Assembly: GCF_016432865.1 (NCBI RefSeq)
Contig: NC_067398.1
Coordinates: 725,772,001 to 725,836,000 of the forward strand
Source: Antechinus flavipes
Taxonomy: Eukaryota
DNA: 64,000 nt
Reading direction: 5' to 3'
Shown here: positions 48,656 to 64,000 of the stretch, in pieces
Layout: every line of letters starts with the position of its first letter
Numbering within the stretch: position 1 is the first letter of the stretch
The notes under the pieces: generated by a model
What the model was told of the DNA's origin: nothing
Databases searched by the model: none
The model's input: the letters and a program-made list of their open reading frames with translations, nothing else
Position numbers and translations under genes: made by a program

Positions 48656-49721
48656 GGGGTGGGGGGTGCCCGCTCATGTTTTCCCTGAACCACTGGGGGG
48701 GGGCACTGCCAGCCTTGCCCCGCACTCTCATTTCTCCCATGAGCCTCCCCGAGCCCTTGCCCTGAGGCGCTCACGGCTGAGCCGCTCCCCGCCCTGAAGG
48801 CCAAGGAGGCCGAGGGCATGGGCCGGAGGGAGGGCGCGGAGCCCCTGGAGGGAGGCCGGGCAGGAGAGGGAGAGCCGAGGCTGGCAGGGTCAGGAGGGGG
48901 GAGGAGGAGGAGGAGGCCGGCCTCGGCACCCGCTTGGGTCTGGGGCCAGAGACCCTTGGGTCGGGGCCCTGGGGGGCCGGGGCAGGCCAGGGGATCAGGG
49001 TAGTGTTGGGGATCCGCTGGAGGTTGGGGGAGGGCCAGAGGCGGGCACTCTATCCGCACAGGGATGATCCTGCCCTGTAGAGGGCAGAGAGGAGGGACCG
49101 CGCTGTGGGGCCCAGCCCCAGGCCCTCTCTGCTGTACTCCCCGAAAGCCCACCGGGCTGCCCTGGCTGCGATCACTCCCCAGAGCCCTTTGCCCTTGACC
49201 CCTCTCGCACTGACCCTCCCCAGCTCCTGGCCTGGGGCCCTCCCGAGGGTGGGGCTGCCTCTGGCCTCCTCTTACCCCAAGCCTCCGAACCCAGCGCATC
49301 ATGGAATGCTCTGCCGGGAAGGGGTTGAGGGAGGAAAAGAACCAGAGGGGGAGGGGCGGGGAAGAGAGAGGCCCGGACCCCGGGCCTGGCCGTGTTCTTA
49401 GGGTGGGCGGGGCCCGGGTCACGTTTGCGGGAGGGGGGTGCCTGAGGCGGGAAGGGGCTGCCCCCGGGCCCTCGGGAGGTTCTGCTTGTTCCTGGGGCAG
49501 AGGTGACCATCAGGGGGGTGTAGAGAGGCTGGTCCCGCACAGGTGGGAGGGGGGCTGCCGACCTCCCAGCTCTCTCTGCCCCTTGCTTGCTGGGTTTTCT
49601 CTGTGAATGCCCTGGCCCTCAGCCTTCTTATCTTTGGCTTGGATCCAGCCCCTGGGGGGGGCGGCGCCCCTGAAGCCGGCCTGGTCCCGCCCCCTCTGCC
49701 CCACCACCTTCCGGCTCCCAG

Positions 49722-53908
<4,187 letters not shown>

Positions 53909-54369
53909 ATGGCAATGCCTCATAAAGCTGATGAACGTGAAGATTTCAGCTGGGACATCCTCTGAAACATGGATAATTCAGGCTTTTTGGGTAAAGAGAT
54001 CCCCGTCAGCTGGTTGGGTGCTTTTTTCTCAGCTCCTTAAACACCTGCCTACCCCATCACCTGCACTGCTGATGGGCACTTGCTTCCTCAAAACTGTTCC
54101 TCGGCCATCTTCAGAAACGTCATCCTTGCTCTTCCCCTTTCCTTCTGACCGAGAGGAAGAAGTGTTCTTTGTCTTTGCTGAAGCCAAATTGCCTGCCCCA
54201 TCTAAGGCCCTTCTTTCTGAGGGCCTTCTTCCAGGGGTCATGGAGGTCATGTGTGTGTGTCTGTCTGTCTGTCTCCATCCCTCTCTCCCCCTCTCTCTGT
54301 CTCCCACCTCCTCCCACCTGCCTTCAGATTGATCAGCCAGAACGAGCTCCTTCAAGCCTGGTTTCTTTC

Positions 54370-54680
54370 TCCACCCTTTACTGAAGTTCCTTTAGCAGAG
54401 TCTTTTGTGAGATTCTCATCACTCAGTGCATTGACTTTTGATGGGAGGGATTCCTTATCCTCCTGTGTCCTTTGACATTGTTGCCCACTCCCTTGCTCTA
54501 AGTAAATGCTCTCGCTTCCCCTTCTAGCTCACTTTCCTTCTCCCGTGCTGGTAGCCATTCCCTCTCCTTCACTTCCTGGTTCCCGGTGTTATTCACACCC
54601 CCTAAAGTTTGGTGTCCCCCAGGAATCTACCCTTGGTCCTCTATTCCAGTTATTCTCTCTTTTGGAACTCTCATTCACTA
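54370..54680 (+). mobile_element. L2 RT fragment
   Basis: FGVPQESTLGPLFQLFSL. Confidence 0.7.
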
Positions 54681-55084
54681 TTTTAGATCAAAGATTAAGA
54701 AAAAATCCATGATTTGCAGAAGTTTGGAAAAGGGACAAGGTGGCTGATGGTAGCAGTCAGGAAAACTCAAGGAATGGGACCACTCTGTATTTTTAGGGAC
54801 AGTTACCAGGCTTATGCCTAGGAACCCACTGAGCCCCTAGTGAGTGTTTAACAATTGTCGGGGATTGGGTTTGGTGCTGGGGATACCAAAACACCTCTTC
54901 TCTTTTACCTTTCACATCCTGGGTCTCCGTGTCCCTGCCAGTGCCCTAGAATGGGCCCTCCTCCCTCATGGGGGGATTCTGCTGAATAGTTGTTTCCTTC
55001 CTGGCTTCCCTCCATCTTTCCCCTCCAGTCCGTGCCTCATACTCTGCTGGTCTAATCTTCCTTAAGCATAGATCTAAATTTGAG

Positions 55085-55870
55085 ACTTTTTTTTATTAAA
55101 GCTGTTTATTTTTAAAATATATGCATAGTTTTCAAGATCCACCCTTGCAAAACCTTGTGTTTCAAATTTTTTTCTTCCTCTCTTCTCCCCACTTTCTTTC
55201 TCCCCTGGATGGCAAGTAACCCAAAGAAACCAGTAAACAGGTGCGATTTTCTATATGTATTTCCATAATTCTCTTGCTGCACAAGAAAAATCAGATCAAA
55301 AAGGAAAAAATGAAAAAAAAAAAAAGCAAAATGCAAGCAAATAACAATAAAAAAGGTGAAAATGCTATGTTGTGATGCATATTCAGTCCCCACAGGCCTC
55401 TCTCTGGGGGAAGAGGACTCTCTCCATCACAAGACCTTTGGAACTGGCCTGAATCACCTGGTAATTGGAAAGAGCCAGATCCCTCAGAATTGATCGTCAT
55501 ATAATCTTGTTGGTGCCATGTACAATAATCTCCTGGTTCTGCTTATTTCACTCAGCATCAGTGTCCTGCTGGTCATTTCTGATAGAAACAATATCCCATA
55601 GCTTCCATATGCCATCCATTCAGCCATTCTCCAACTGATGGGCATCCATTCATTTTCCTGTTTCTTGCCACTACAAAGAGGGCTGCCACAAACATGTTTG
55701 GACACCTGGGGCCCTTTCCCTCCTTTATATTTGGGATGGAATCACAGTAGAAGCATTGCTGGGCCAAAGGGCATGCACAGTGAGATAGCCCTTTGAGCAG
55801 AGTTCCAAACTGTTCTCCAGAATGGTTGGAACCATTCACAGTTCCACCAACAATGTATCAGTGTTCCAGT
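55085..55870 (-). mobile_element. LINE-1 ORF2 end and 3' UTR
   Basis: MFVAALFVVARNRKMNGCPSVGEWLN motif plus the same 3' UTR. Confidence 0.88.
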
Positions 55871-56699
55871 TTTCCCATATCCCCTTCAACATTTATCTAT
55901 AATTTGAGACACTTTCTCATCCCTTTTTACAGAACGATCCTCATAGCTGTTCCCAAACCTCACTGCCACGCCCTGACATCCAGCGACCCAAGACCCCTCA
56001 TTGGTCCCCAGAGACCCCTTTGGCGCCTGGCCCCTACCTTCACACTTGGGGATCTTGGGACTGGAACTCCCTTCCCCAACATCTCCACGTGGCTTTAAGA
56101 ATCCGTGAGACTCAGATGTCATCCTCAGCCCTCGGATCTCACTGTGCCGTGGGTTGTTTCTGTGCAGCATCCACAGCTCCTGTTTCTCTGTGGGAACTAT
56201 TGTGGGCACTAACTACATAAAATAGAAAGTACTTGGTAGTTATGTGCCAGGCACTGTGCTAAGCCTCAGGGATACAAAGAAAGTCAGAAATGGGGCCCCG
56301 GCCCTCAAGAACCTCATGATCTGGACTCCCCAAAAGCTTGTTCCTTGCGAGCATCGTGGCATTTGCAGTGTTAGGAAAGCCCAGGAAAGGGGCTCCCCTT
56401 TTCCAAGGTCTCACCGTCAGGGGAGCATGGGATGCCGTCTCTGGGGTGAGGGCTGCTCATCGGCCTGGCGCTCAGCTCTCTCCTGTGCCATTTGCAGGAT
56501 GGCCACATCCCGAGAAAACCGTCCTGGCCGGTGGCTAAATCAGGTGGTAACGGATGGGCCTCGAGCCCCTTGGGGAGCCCACGTCCTGCAGATGGGATCA
56601 GCGTGTCTCAGGGGCCTGGAGGTGGTTGAAGTGGGCGCTGTGGGGCGCTCGGACACCACGGAGACCGAGATCATTCACCCCATCCCGGGCCAGCACTGG

Positions 56700-57130
56700 A
56701 TGTCTGGCCATTGGACCTCCCCTGCCCCTCTCCCAAGACTCATCCCTGTGCTCGAGTCCATGGTCTTCCCCTGCCATCATTCTTAACTTCCTCCATCCTT
56801 CATCTGGCCCTCCTGCTACTTGGGCTGCCCTCACTCCTGAAAAGCAGCCGCCCCCACTCACTGCCTCCACTCGAACCCCTCCTCAAACCTCAGACGAGGT
56901 TCTTCTTCCCCGATGGTCACCCTTCTGGCTTTGCTGCCAGCCCCCACCCCCGCACACTGGCTCCCTCCTGGGTCTGGGGTCTGGTTGCCCCTTTGCTGAC
57001 TCGGCACTCTGAGCCCGCTCAGGGAACAGGACCCCCCAAATCTGTCCCCCTCCCTCCAGTAGCCGGCTCCTCCATGAGCTCCCAGGGATCCTTGGGTCAT
57101 CTGTCCGAATTGCGTGCCACTTGTTAAGAT
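56700..57130 (+). mobile_element. GC-enriched L2 RT fragment
   Basis: CTCCACTCGAACCCCTCCTCAAACCTCAGACGAGGTTCTTCTTCCCCGATGGTC resembles the L2 STETALxKV.NDLL...DG region. Confidence 0.5.
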
Positions 57131-57256
57131 TCCTCCGCTCGAGTGTCCTGTAGGTGTCCCCCAAACCCGCCTGTCAAACCCCACTGAAGGCTTGAATCCT
57201 CGCTTCCTTCTCCTTAAACTTAGTCTTCCGGTTCTGCCGGCACAAGGCCGCAGACT

Positions 57257-57560
57257 TCAGGCCTTCTGAGGCGGGACAGCGGCGCGGCACGCGGCCCCGG
57301 GCCCCTGCACCCAGGAGCCCCAGGAGGAGCCGGCCCGGATGCACAGCCACCACTGGGGATGCTGCCCTCGGGGAGCGTCCCAGTCAGCATCGGCCCCAGC
57401 AAGTACACTGAGGAAACCCTGCCCTCCTCGCCCCCTCAGATCACTGGCCTTGCCCTCTATTCCGAGCTGGAGCCCAGCAAGCACTTCCCTGGGCCCCTTC
57501 CCCACCAGCAGCTACTGAAAAGGTCCCGCGACCAAAGTCCTTGGAACAAATGGGTCGGCG
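57257..57560 (-). pseudogene. Possible degenerate SCAN-box relic
   Basis: Minus frame reads FQ*LLVGKGPREVLAGLQ...QGFLSVLAGADADW...QHP, resembling SCAN GPREALxxL...EQFLxILPxxxQxW...QHP; judged by eye only. Confidence 0.35.
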
Positions 57561-59559
57561 GCAGAAATGGGCGTTTTATCAGTGAAGATGATGCTAAGAA
57601 AGGCCGTGGCCAGAGTCTGCCCCGCGGCGGGACCCCGAGGACGCGGGACCTCCTTCTGGCTGAGACCTTCCATGCGTCCTTTCCTCCCCCTTAGAATGTG
57701 AGCTTCGACAAGGCAGGAACGGGCCCCTGAGGGATCCCGGAATAAATGCTTTTTCATCGTTCATCTCTCCTCCTCCATCCCCCTTCCCCTGCAGCCCCCG
57801 CCCGGCTCAGGAACCCCCCCGCCCGCACTCCCCCTCCCTCCTTTCCGGTCCCCCCATCCCCGGGGCGTCCAGAAGTATCTTCCCAAAGCAGTCTGGCCAC
57901 GGTGGCCCCTCAGTGCCCCCAGTTACAGGGGAACAACGGCTGCCTTCAAGGCCCTTCCCACGGCGCTCTAGCCTGGGTCGGGGCTAGTTCCCTAATCTCT
58001 CCTTTGGGGACTTCCCAGCCATTCCGGGGTCCCGGTTTTCCACCTTCCGTGCCTTTGCCGGGCTCGGAATGCCCCCAGCCTCGCCTTTATGAAGCCCAAG
58101 ATCAGCTGGTAGGTCCCCAGGGACGGGGCTCCCCTTGATTTTTAGGGAGATCTCCCTCTTCAGAGAGCACTCCCCAGAGGTTTGGGGGCTTCCCTGGGCC
58201 TGAGCCCCGAGCAGCCCTGAGTGGGGAGAAAGCTGCTTCTGCTCCCGGACAGTTGAAGGGACAGTCCCAGGAGGGGAGCCCCGGAAGGAAGGCTCGATGC
58301 CCCCCAGCAGGCTGTGCAGACCCCTGGCAGGACATGGGGGCACGAGGGAGGCTCCCTGCGCCGTGCCCGAGGCGTTTCACGATGGAAGAGCAGAGAGGAG
58401 TCCCGGACACTCCCGCGGATCTCTCGGTTTGGAAGCCCTTCTTCGCAGAGATTGCAGCTCCTCGGCGCGCTCCTAGCCCGGGGCCTCCCATGGCTTCCCT
58501 GGCAGCGCCCTCAGCGCCGGAGGCCTTGATTAGCCGAGGACAATCCCCCTGTCTCAGGTCTTGGCGGACCTCCAGCGCCTCTGGGCTTCTCGGAGAAGGG
58601 GAAGCCGGGAGAGCGCTTATGTTGCACTTGCTGAGAGCCCTGCGCTGTCCTAAGCCCCTAACGCCGCCCCATTTGTGCCTCCCAAGACTCCTGCAAGCCC
58701 GGACTGCCCCCCCCCCCATAACTGAGGTGGTCGCAGCCCCAGGAAGTGCCCGAAGTCTCCCGACGTCAGCCCGGGCCCAGTGATCCCAGCGACGGTCAGC
58801 AAGCCTTACACGGCCGCTGCCAGGCGCTGTGCGGGCAAAGGCGAACGGCCCCTGCCCTCCGGGAGCTCCAGGGGGCTCGGACGGACACAGCGTGGGCCCG
58901 AGGGTGCCGGCCTCTGTCTGTCATGGAGCCGGGCTCTAGGATCGGCCGCCCTGACACCCAAGGACAGGACAAGGTCAGCGTGAGACCCCCAGCGGCGTTG
59001 CGGGGGCGGGGGGAGGGAGGGGCCAGGAAAACCCTGAGCCGGCCCCTCCCGCCACTCTGGTCCCAGAGCTCTCCTCCCGCAGAGGTCATCCGGCGGAGGG
59101 ACCCCTGCCTCCCTCTTCCTAGCTCCTGGCAGCCCCCACTTCCAGCCCAGCCCCCAGCCCCGCCCCCCACGACTTCCCTTGGTGCTCTCCCAGAGATTCA
59201 ATGATCCCCAGATTAGACTCGATCATCCTCACAAGGCAAAGCAAGGATGGGGGTGGGGGTAGGTCTTTAGTTAACTTCGGTAAACAAGTGAACTTAGAAT
59301 CCATAGTTCTCAGCTCTGGAATCTTATAGACGGAATTTTGATGGGATTCTAATAGCGGCTGTGATACAGGCTGGCTCCACATTATTTCAGCTCAGAGTTT
59401 TTCCTGCAATTAAAAGAGATCAGAAACGACTACATTTTCCGGCACCCATGAGAGAGGAAGCCTCAACTTTGGAATTCATGAGGTCCTTCATTCAGAAACA
59501 GAGACAAGGTTTTAAGTGGCCAAATAAAATTCACAAATAGAGAAGACCATAAAATGTTG

Positions 59560-59790
59560 GCGTTGATTCATTCTTCAATCGTGTCTCACTCCGTGACCTA
59601 TTTGGGGTTTTCTTCACAGAAATGCTGAAAGGGTTTGCTATTGCCTCCACTTTGTTTTATAGATGAGGAAAGTGGAGCAAACAGAACGAAGCGATTTCCC
59701 GCACAGCTAGGAAGTGTCTGAGGCCACCAAGATGAATCTTCCTGACTCCAGGCTCACTTCGCTACCCACCACGCCACCTAGCGGCCCCAT
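59560..59790 (-). mobile_element. Mar1-like SINE with a CTCF-like head
   Basis: Reverse of the MIR core and tail; the head reads GGCCGCTAGGTGGCGT on the minus strand. Confidence 0.85.
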
Positions 59791-59809
59791 TGAATATAAA
59801 CTATCTCAT

Positions 59810-60780
59810 ACTTCTATTTTTCTTTTTTTTTCAATACTTTTCATAGAAACCCTACAAAGTATAAGAGGATTAGCAGAATATATTTTCACATAATAAGATC
59901 TCAATTAAACTAAAAACTAGTATTAAAGCCTGGAGAAACCTAAAAGTCTTCTCAATACAGGAGTAAACAAGGATATCGCTTTTCTCAGCTCAACATTCTA
60001 GTTGTCAAATGCTCGGAAGAGCAACAAGATAAAAGAAAAGCATAAAGTTCAACATGGGAGAAACGATTATCCCAGTTTGCTAATGGAAATAGTTTATTTT
60101 AAAAATCCTAGGGAATCAGTAACGAAATTAATTGAAACAAGAGCTTTAGTAAAACTGCAATCCCCGCAATAAATTAATTATAGTAATATCAAGGAGATAG
60201 AAATAAAGAGGGAAACCTCAAAAATACAAGATGAATAAAATATTTGGGAATTCTTCTACCAAAGCACACTCAATAACTATATAAATACAATTATAAAATA
60301 CTCATAGAGAAAGAAATAACAATTTATAGAACTAGAGGGATTTTCAGTGCTCATAGCTGGACTATGCAAATATGGTAAAATTTGCAAAATAATAAAATTT
60401 ATATATTTAATCCTTTAACAATTCAACGACCACAGGGATGCTTTTGAAAGCTAGACTAAAAAAGTTGAGGAAGAAAAGATTAAGAATGATGAGAGAAATA
60501 ATGAAAAAGGAAGAAATTAAAGGGAAATAGAACTTGAAGATGAAAAAAGGGAATAACTAATACTGAAGGTGCTGTGGAGAAACAGGCACACTAACTAGAA
60601 TTGGCCCAACCGTTCTGAAGAACAATCTGGAATTTTATAAAGAGAATGACACATCTATGTCCTTTGACTCAGGGATTCCATTATTGGCTAACCTAGTGAC
60701 AGAGAAGTCTTACGTGAACTAAAATATAATAGCACATATGGTAGCAAAGAATTGGAAATTTTCATTTTTAATTGTTGGCT
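59810..60780 (+). mobile_element. Old LINE-1 ORF2 fragments
   Basis: CAGGAGTAAACAAGGATATC (GVKQG-like), AAAATCCTAGGGAATCA, CTTTGACTCAGGGATTCCATT. Confidence 0.7.
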
Positions 60781-60794
60781 AACTGGAAATAGCG

Positions 60795-61560
60795 AATAAG
60801 CATTTATTCAATACCTAAATTGTACCAGTCACTGTACAAATTAGAATTTTTTAAAAGATGTGAAGACAAAAGACATTACTGGTTCTCAAGAAACTCAGTC
60901 TAATGAGGGAGACAACATGAAAACAACTATGTACAAATAAGAATTCAATAAAACAAAGTACAGATAATCAGCACTAGCATTATAGGGGATCAGTGAGGCT
61001 TTTTGAAGAAGTTTTAGCTGAGACTTGAAGGAAGTCAAGAAGGTGAATTCCAGGGATAAGGAGACAACCAGTAAAGATGCTCAAGAGTAAGAGATGGAGC
61101 GACATGTTTTTACCTGTGCCATCTGAATTGAAAAGTACATGAGGGAAGCGAGGTATATAAAGACTGGAAAAGCAGGAGACCAACTTATGAAGGGCTTGAA
61201 CACCAGAGAATTTTGTATTTGATTCTGCAGGATCAGATGGAGGAACCAGTGGAGTTTATTGAATTGGGAAGATGGGGATATGGGCTTCTAAAAGATTGGT
61301 CAGATAACTGAGCGGAGAATGGACCAGACCAGGCAGAGATGGGGTGGGAAAACCAAGCAGGAGTGTGGCTATTGTTCAGACACAAGGTGATGGGGGCTTG
61401 CGCCAGAGTAACGGCCATATCAGAGAAGAGAAAGGAACATTTACAAGATTTCTAAAGATAAAATCGACAGAACTTGGCAACAGATTGCACAGGAGGGGGT
61501 GAGAGTGAGGAGTCGAAGCTAACACCCAGGTGGTAAGAAGGAAGTTCAGAATCGGAGAAA
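60795..61560 (-). mobile_element. L2 3' region
   Basis: AAGCATTTATTCAATACC...CTCAAGAAACTCAGTCTAATGAGGGAGACAACATG. Confidence 0.75.
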
Positions 61561-62762
61561 ACGTGCCTATGACTGAGGAAGATTTGCTAAACAAATTGTG
61601 CAGAAATGTAACCCTCCGCTATTGTCCTGTAAGAAGCAACACGATGAATGCAGAGGGGAAAAAGGAAAATGTATGAAATGGTGTCAAAGAGAAGGAAGGG
61701 CCTGGAAATCAAGCACAAGAAGATAAATGGAAAGCAAAACAAAATAATGTAAACTGATGCAAAATTATAATGACCAGAATAACGCCTTCCCCAAAGCTGA
61801 GAAGACGCGTCCTCGTCTCTGCCGGAGCACAGGGCTCTGGTTGTGGCTACTTATGACATTAGAGCTCCTTCACTCTGTTTTGTCAGGTATCGATTATTCT
61901 AGCGGGCGGGCTTTTCAATCCAGCTTCTGGTCATCGCTCCAGTAATTGGAGGAGCAGTGCTCCAAGCTTGTTCTCCAAAGGCCAGGTCCCTAGTGAATAT
62001 GTATAGGAAGTAGCTAAGAAACAGCAGCCGGAGAAAGGATACATGGAGATCATGTACCAGACGGCTCGGAATGGAGGAACTCGGCCGCTGGAAGGGAGGT
62101 AGCTCAGCCAGCGCAGAGAGCTCCAGGTCTCATCCCGGGGGAAGTTTGCCGAGTCTGTAGGGTAGCAAGTAGAGACAGAGGCGAGAGGCCCCTCTCTTGT
62201 CAGCTTCTTCCCGGAACCTGGAGCTCCCTGCAGCACCCGAGGGAAGCTGGCGCCCCCAGCTCCGTCCTCCAGCGCCCGAGCAGCTTGAAGAGACTGTCTC
62301 AAGAAGAGCGCGCTCCTGCTCCTCACACGGGCCTGGGCACAGGAAGCCCCCCTCGGGGCTCGGGGCGCGGGTGAGGTCCTCCCGGGACAAAGCTGCCGCA
62401 GAGATGCTGGAACAGTCCCCAGACTCAGAAATATACCGCGGAAACACAAGCGTCGGGGACTTTCCTCGCCTCCCAGGCCGTCCTCCTTTGGTACTGTTGC
62501 CCTTAGAATAGACCAGGGCCCACTGACAGGCAGCAGACAAGCGTCAGAGGCCGCCACAGCGACAACAGAGCACGCTCAGCTCCCGGAGCCATCCTGCTTT
62601 CTGTCCCGCGAGCCTTTTCGTGCCCTGCACGAGGGCGCGCTGGGGCCGTCCCTGTTTTGTTTTGTTTTTGTTTTTAGCAAAGACACTGAAGCGCTTCAGA
62701 TTAAGCCTTGCGGGGGTCTCATAGCCAGAGCCGGAGATTCCGCCCGGGTTTTCTGTCCGCTG

Positions 62763-62780
62763 CAGCGCCGCCTAGTGGTC
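62763..62780 (-). promoter_or_regulatory. Candidate CTCF site
   Basis: Reverse strand reads GACCACTAGGCGGCGCTG, close to the CTCF core consensus. Confidence 0.55.
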
Positions 62781-63689
62781 CCGCATAGCTAGCCAGCTGT
62801 CACAGTGGTGCTAGGGATAGACCCACAAAATCAGCGCATCAGTGGCAGAGACGCGAACCCGCGGACAAAGCGACTGCTGCGACCCCGCGGAGCGGCCCAA
62901 ACCCCCCTCGAAGGCACGGGCGGCTCCTCCAGCGTGAGGAGTTCAGCCGCATTTCACACGTGCTCCCTTAAGGCGCGGGTCAGACGCCTTCAGGTTTCCC
63001 CAGGACATCCCGTAGCCGGGGCTCTCAGCTCCCACCTGCGCTGCCCGGCAGGACCCCCAGCTTGCCCACCCCTGGCTGGCGGCCGGCAGGGCCTTCCTGC
63101 TGTGGGGATCTTTCCCTTGGAGGCTCTGGCAGCCTTGGACCGGGCTTAGTTCTTCTCCACAGGATGCAGACTAAGCCAGTCATTGCCCGAAGCAATGGGA
63201 CAGTCAATGAAGGGGGACGGTCCCTAGGTCCTGCAGTTCCTAAGGAACAGGGGCTGGCCGGGGCTTCCTTTGAGAAATGATGAAGGGCCTTTCGCGCTCT
63301 TACGCGGCTTCCATCTTTCCACCCAGATATTCCAGCCAGGTGCCCGAGCGCAGGAGTCAATCAGCGAGCATGTATTGTGCCAGGCACTGTGCTAAGCGCC
63401 GGGGACACAAGCAAGAATGAAAGGACAGAACCTGGCCGAGGGAACGAGAAGAGACGGGAAAGAGTGACCGGCGGCCCCCCGGAGGACCCCTGAATGGGCT
63501 GCGATCTGCCCTAGAGGAGAGACTTTCCATTATCCAGTTCACATGAAGGGCACATTTATTTATAACTTGCTTCCCCAAAGATACAGGTAGGGTCGCGCAG
63601 GCCCAGGACCAGGGCAGGAGCGGGGTAGGGTCTCAGCCGGGAGGAGTTCATTTCCAGTCCGTCCGCGCTGCAGAGACAAGAGAAGCAGT

Positions 63690-64000
63690 AGGATTCAATG
63701 CATGTGCACGCCCTCCGAGGCCAAGGACTACCTTTCCCAGAAGGGAGGGAGTGGAGGCTACGGGCGGGTTTCCGGCAGGTCTCCATGGCAACGGCACTTC
63801 CGCCCCTTAACTGGCATACCCATCCTAGTCCAGCCTGTCAGCCTCGGTTCTGTTTCGTCCGCAGCCGTCGCCAGGGCTCGAGCCTTCCGGGGTAAGTGGG
63901 AGCCGGGCCCGGGGCCGGAACCAAGCAGACGGGAAAACCGGGTTGGTTCCGGGCGCCCGGCACCTGTTTTCCAGACCAACAAAGAGGAAAAGTGGGCGTG
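63690..64000 (+). promoter_or_regulatory. Promoter and non-coding exon 1 of a further gene (probably the next KRAB-ZNF) continuing beyond the window
   Basis: ACTACCTTTCCCAGAA at 63727, RFX X-box GTCTCCATGGCAAC 63779-63792, CACTTCCGCC at 63796, GGG|GTAAGT donor at 63892. Confidence 0.75.

Overview
Eukaryotic, very likely marsupial, genomic DNA (inferred from Mar1/WSINE-type SINEs, marsupial-style L1 3' ends, and abundant L2/MIR/CR1 relics). The window is a tandem, all plus-strand cluster of KRAB-C2H2 zinc-finger genes. By hand-splicing I reconstruct four genes whose exon phases add up: gene A 3484-13186 (about 677 aa, 17 intact fingers), gene B 17322-23858 (about 650 aa, 18 fingers), gene C 32357-38072 (about 530 aa, 12 intact fingers split 4+8) and gene D 49722-53908 (degenerate KRAB, 10 fingers, start codon unresolved). 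The promoter and first exon of a further gene lie at the right edge (about 63700-63891). Also present: zinc-finger relics, GC-rich intronic minisatellites, a solo LTR with a 6-bp target duplication, many LINE/SINE fragments and a 130-N gap. Most striking observation: in genes A, B and D the normally single spacer+finger terminal exon is split by an intron made of decayed coding sequence. Its 3' splice site is the CACAG of the His-Arg codons of a dead first finger (phase 2), and retaining the intron gives an immediate stop (a KRAB-only product). Other highlights: a KRAB-A exon that lost its DV motif but kept the canonical 127-nt length, a promoter cassette repeated before each gene, strong local GC/CpG gain, and possible SCAN-box relics. 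All gene models are inferred from splice consensus, phase and motif similarity; there is no expression evidence.
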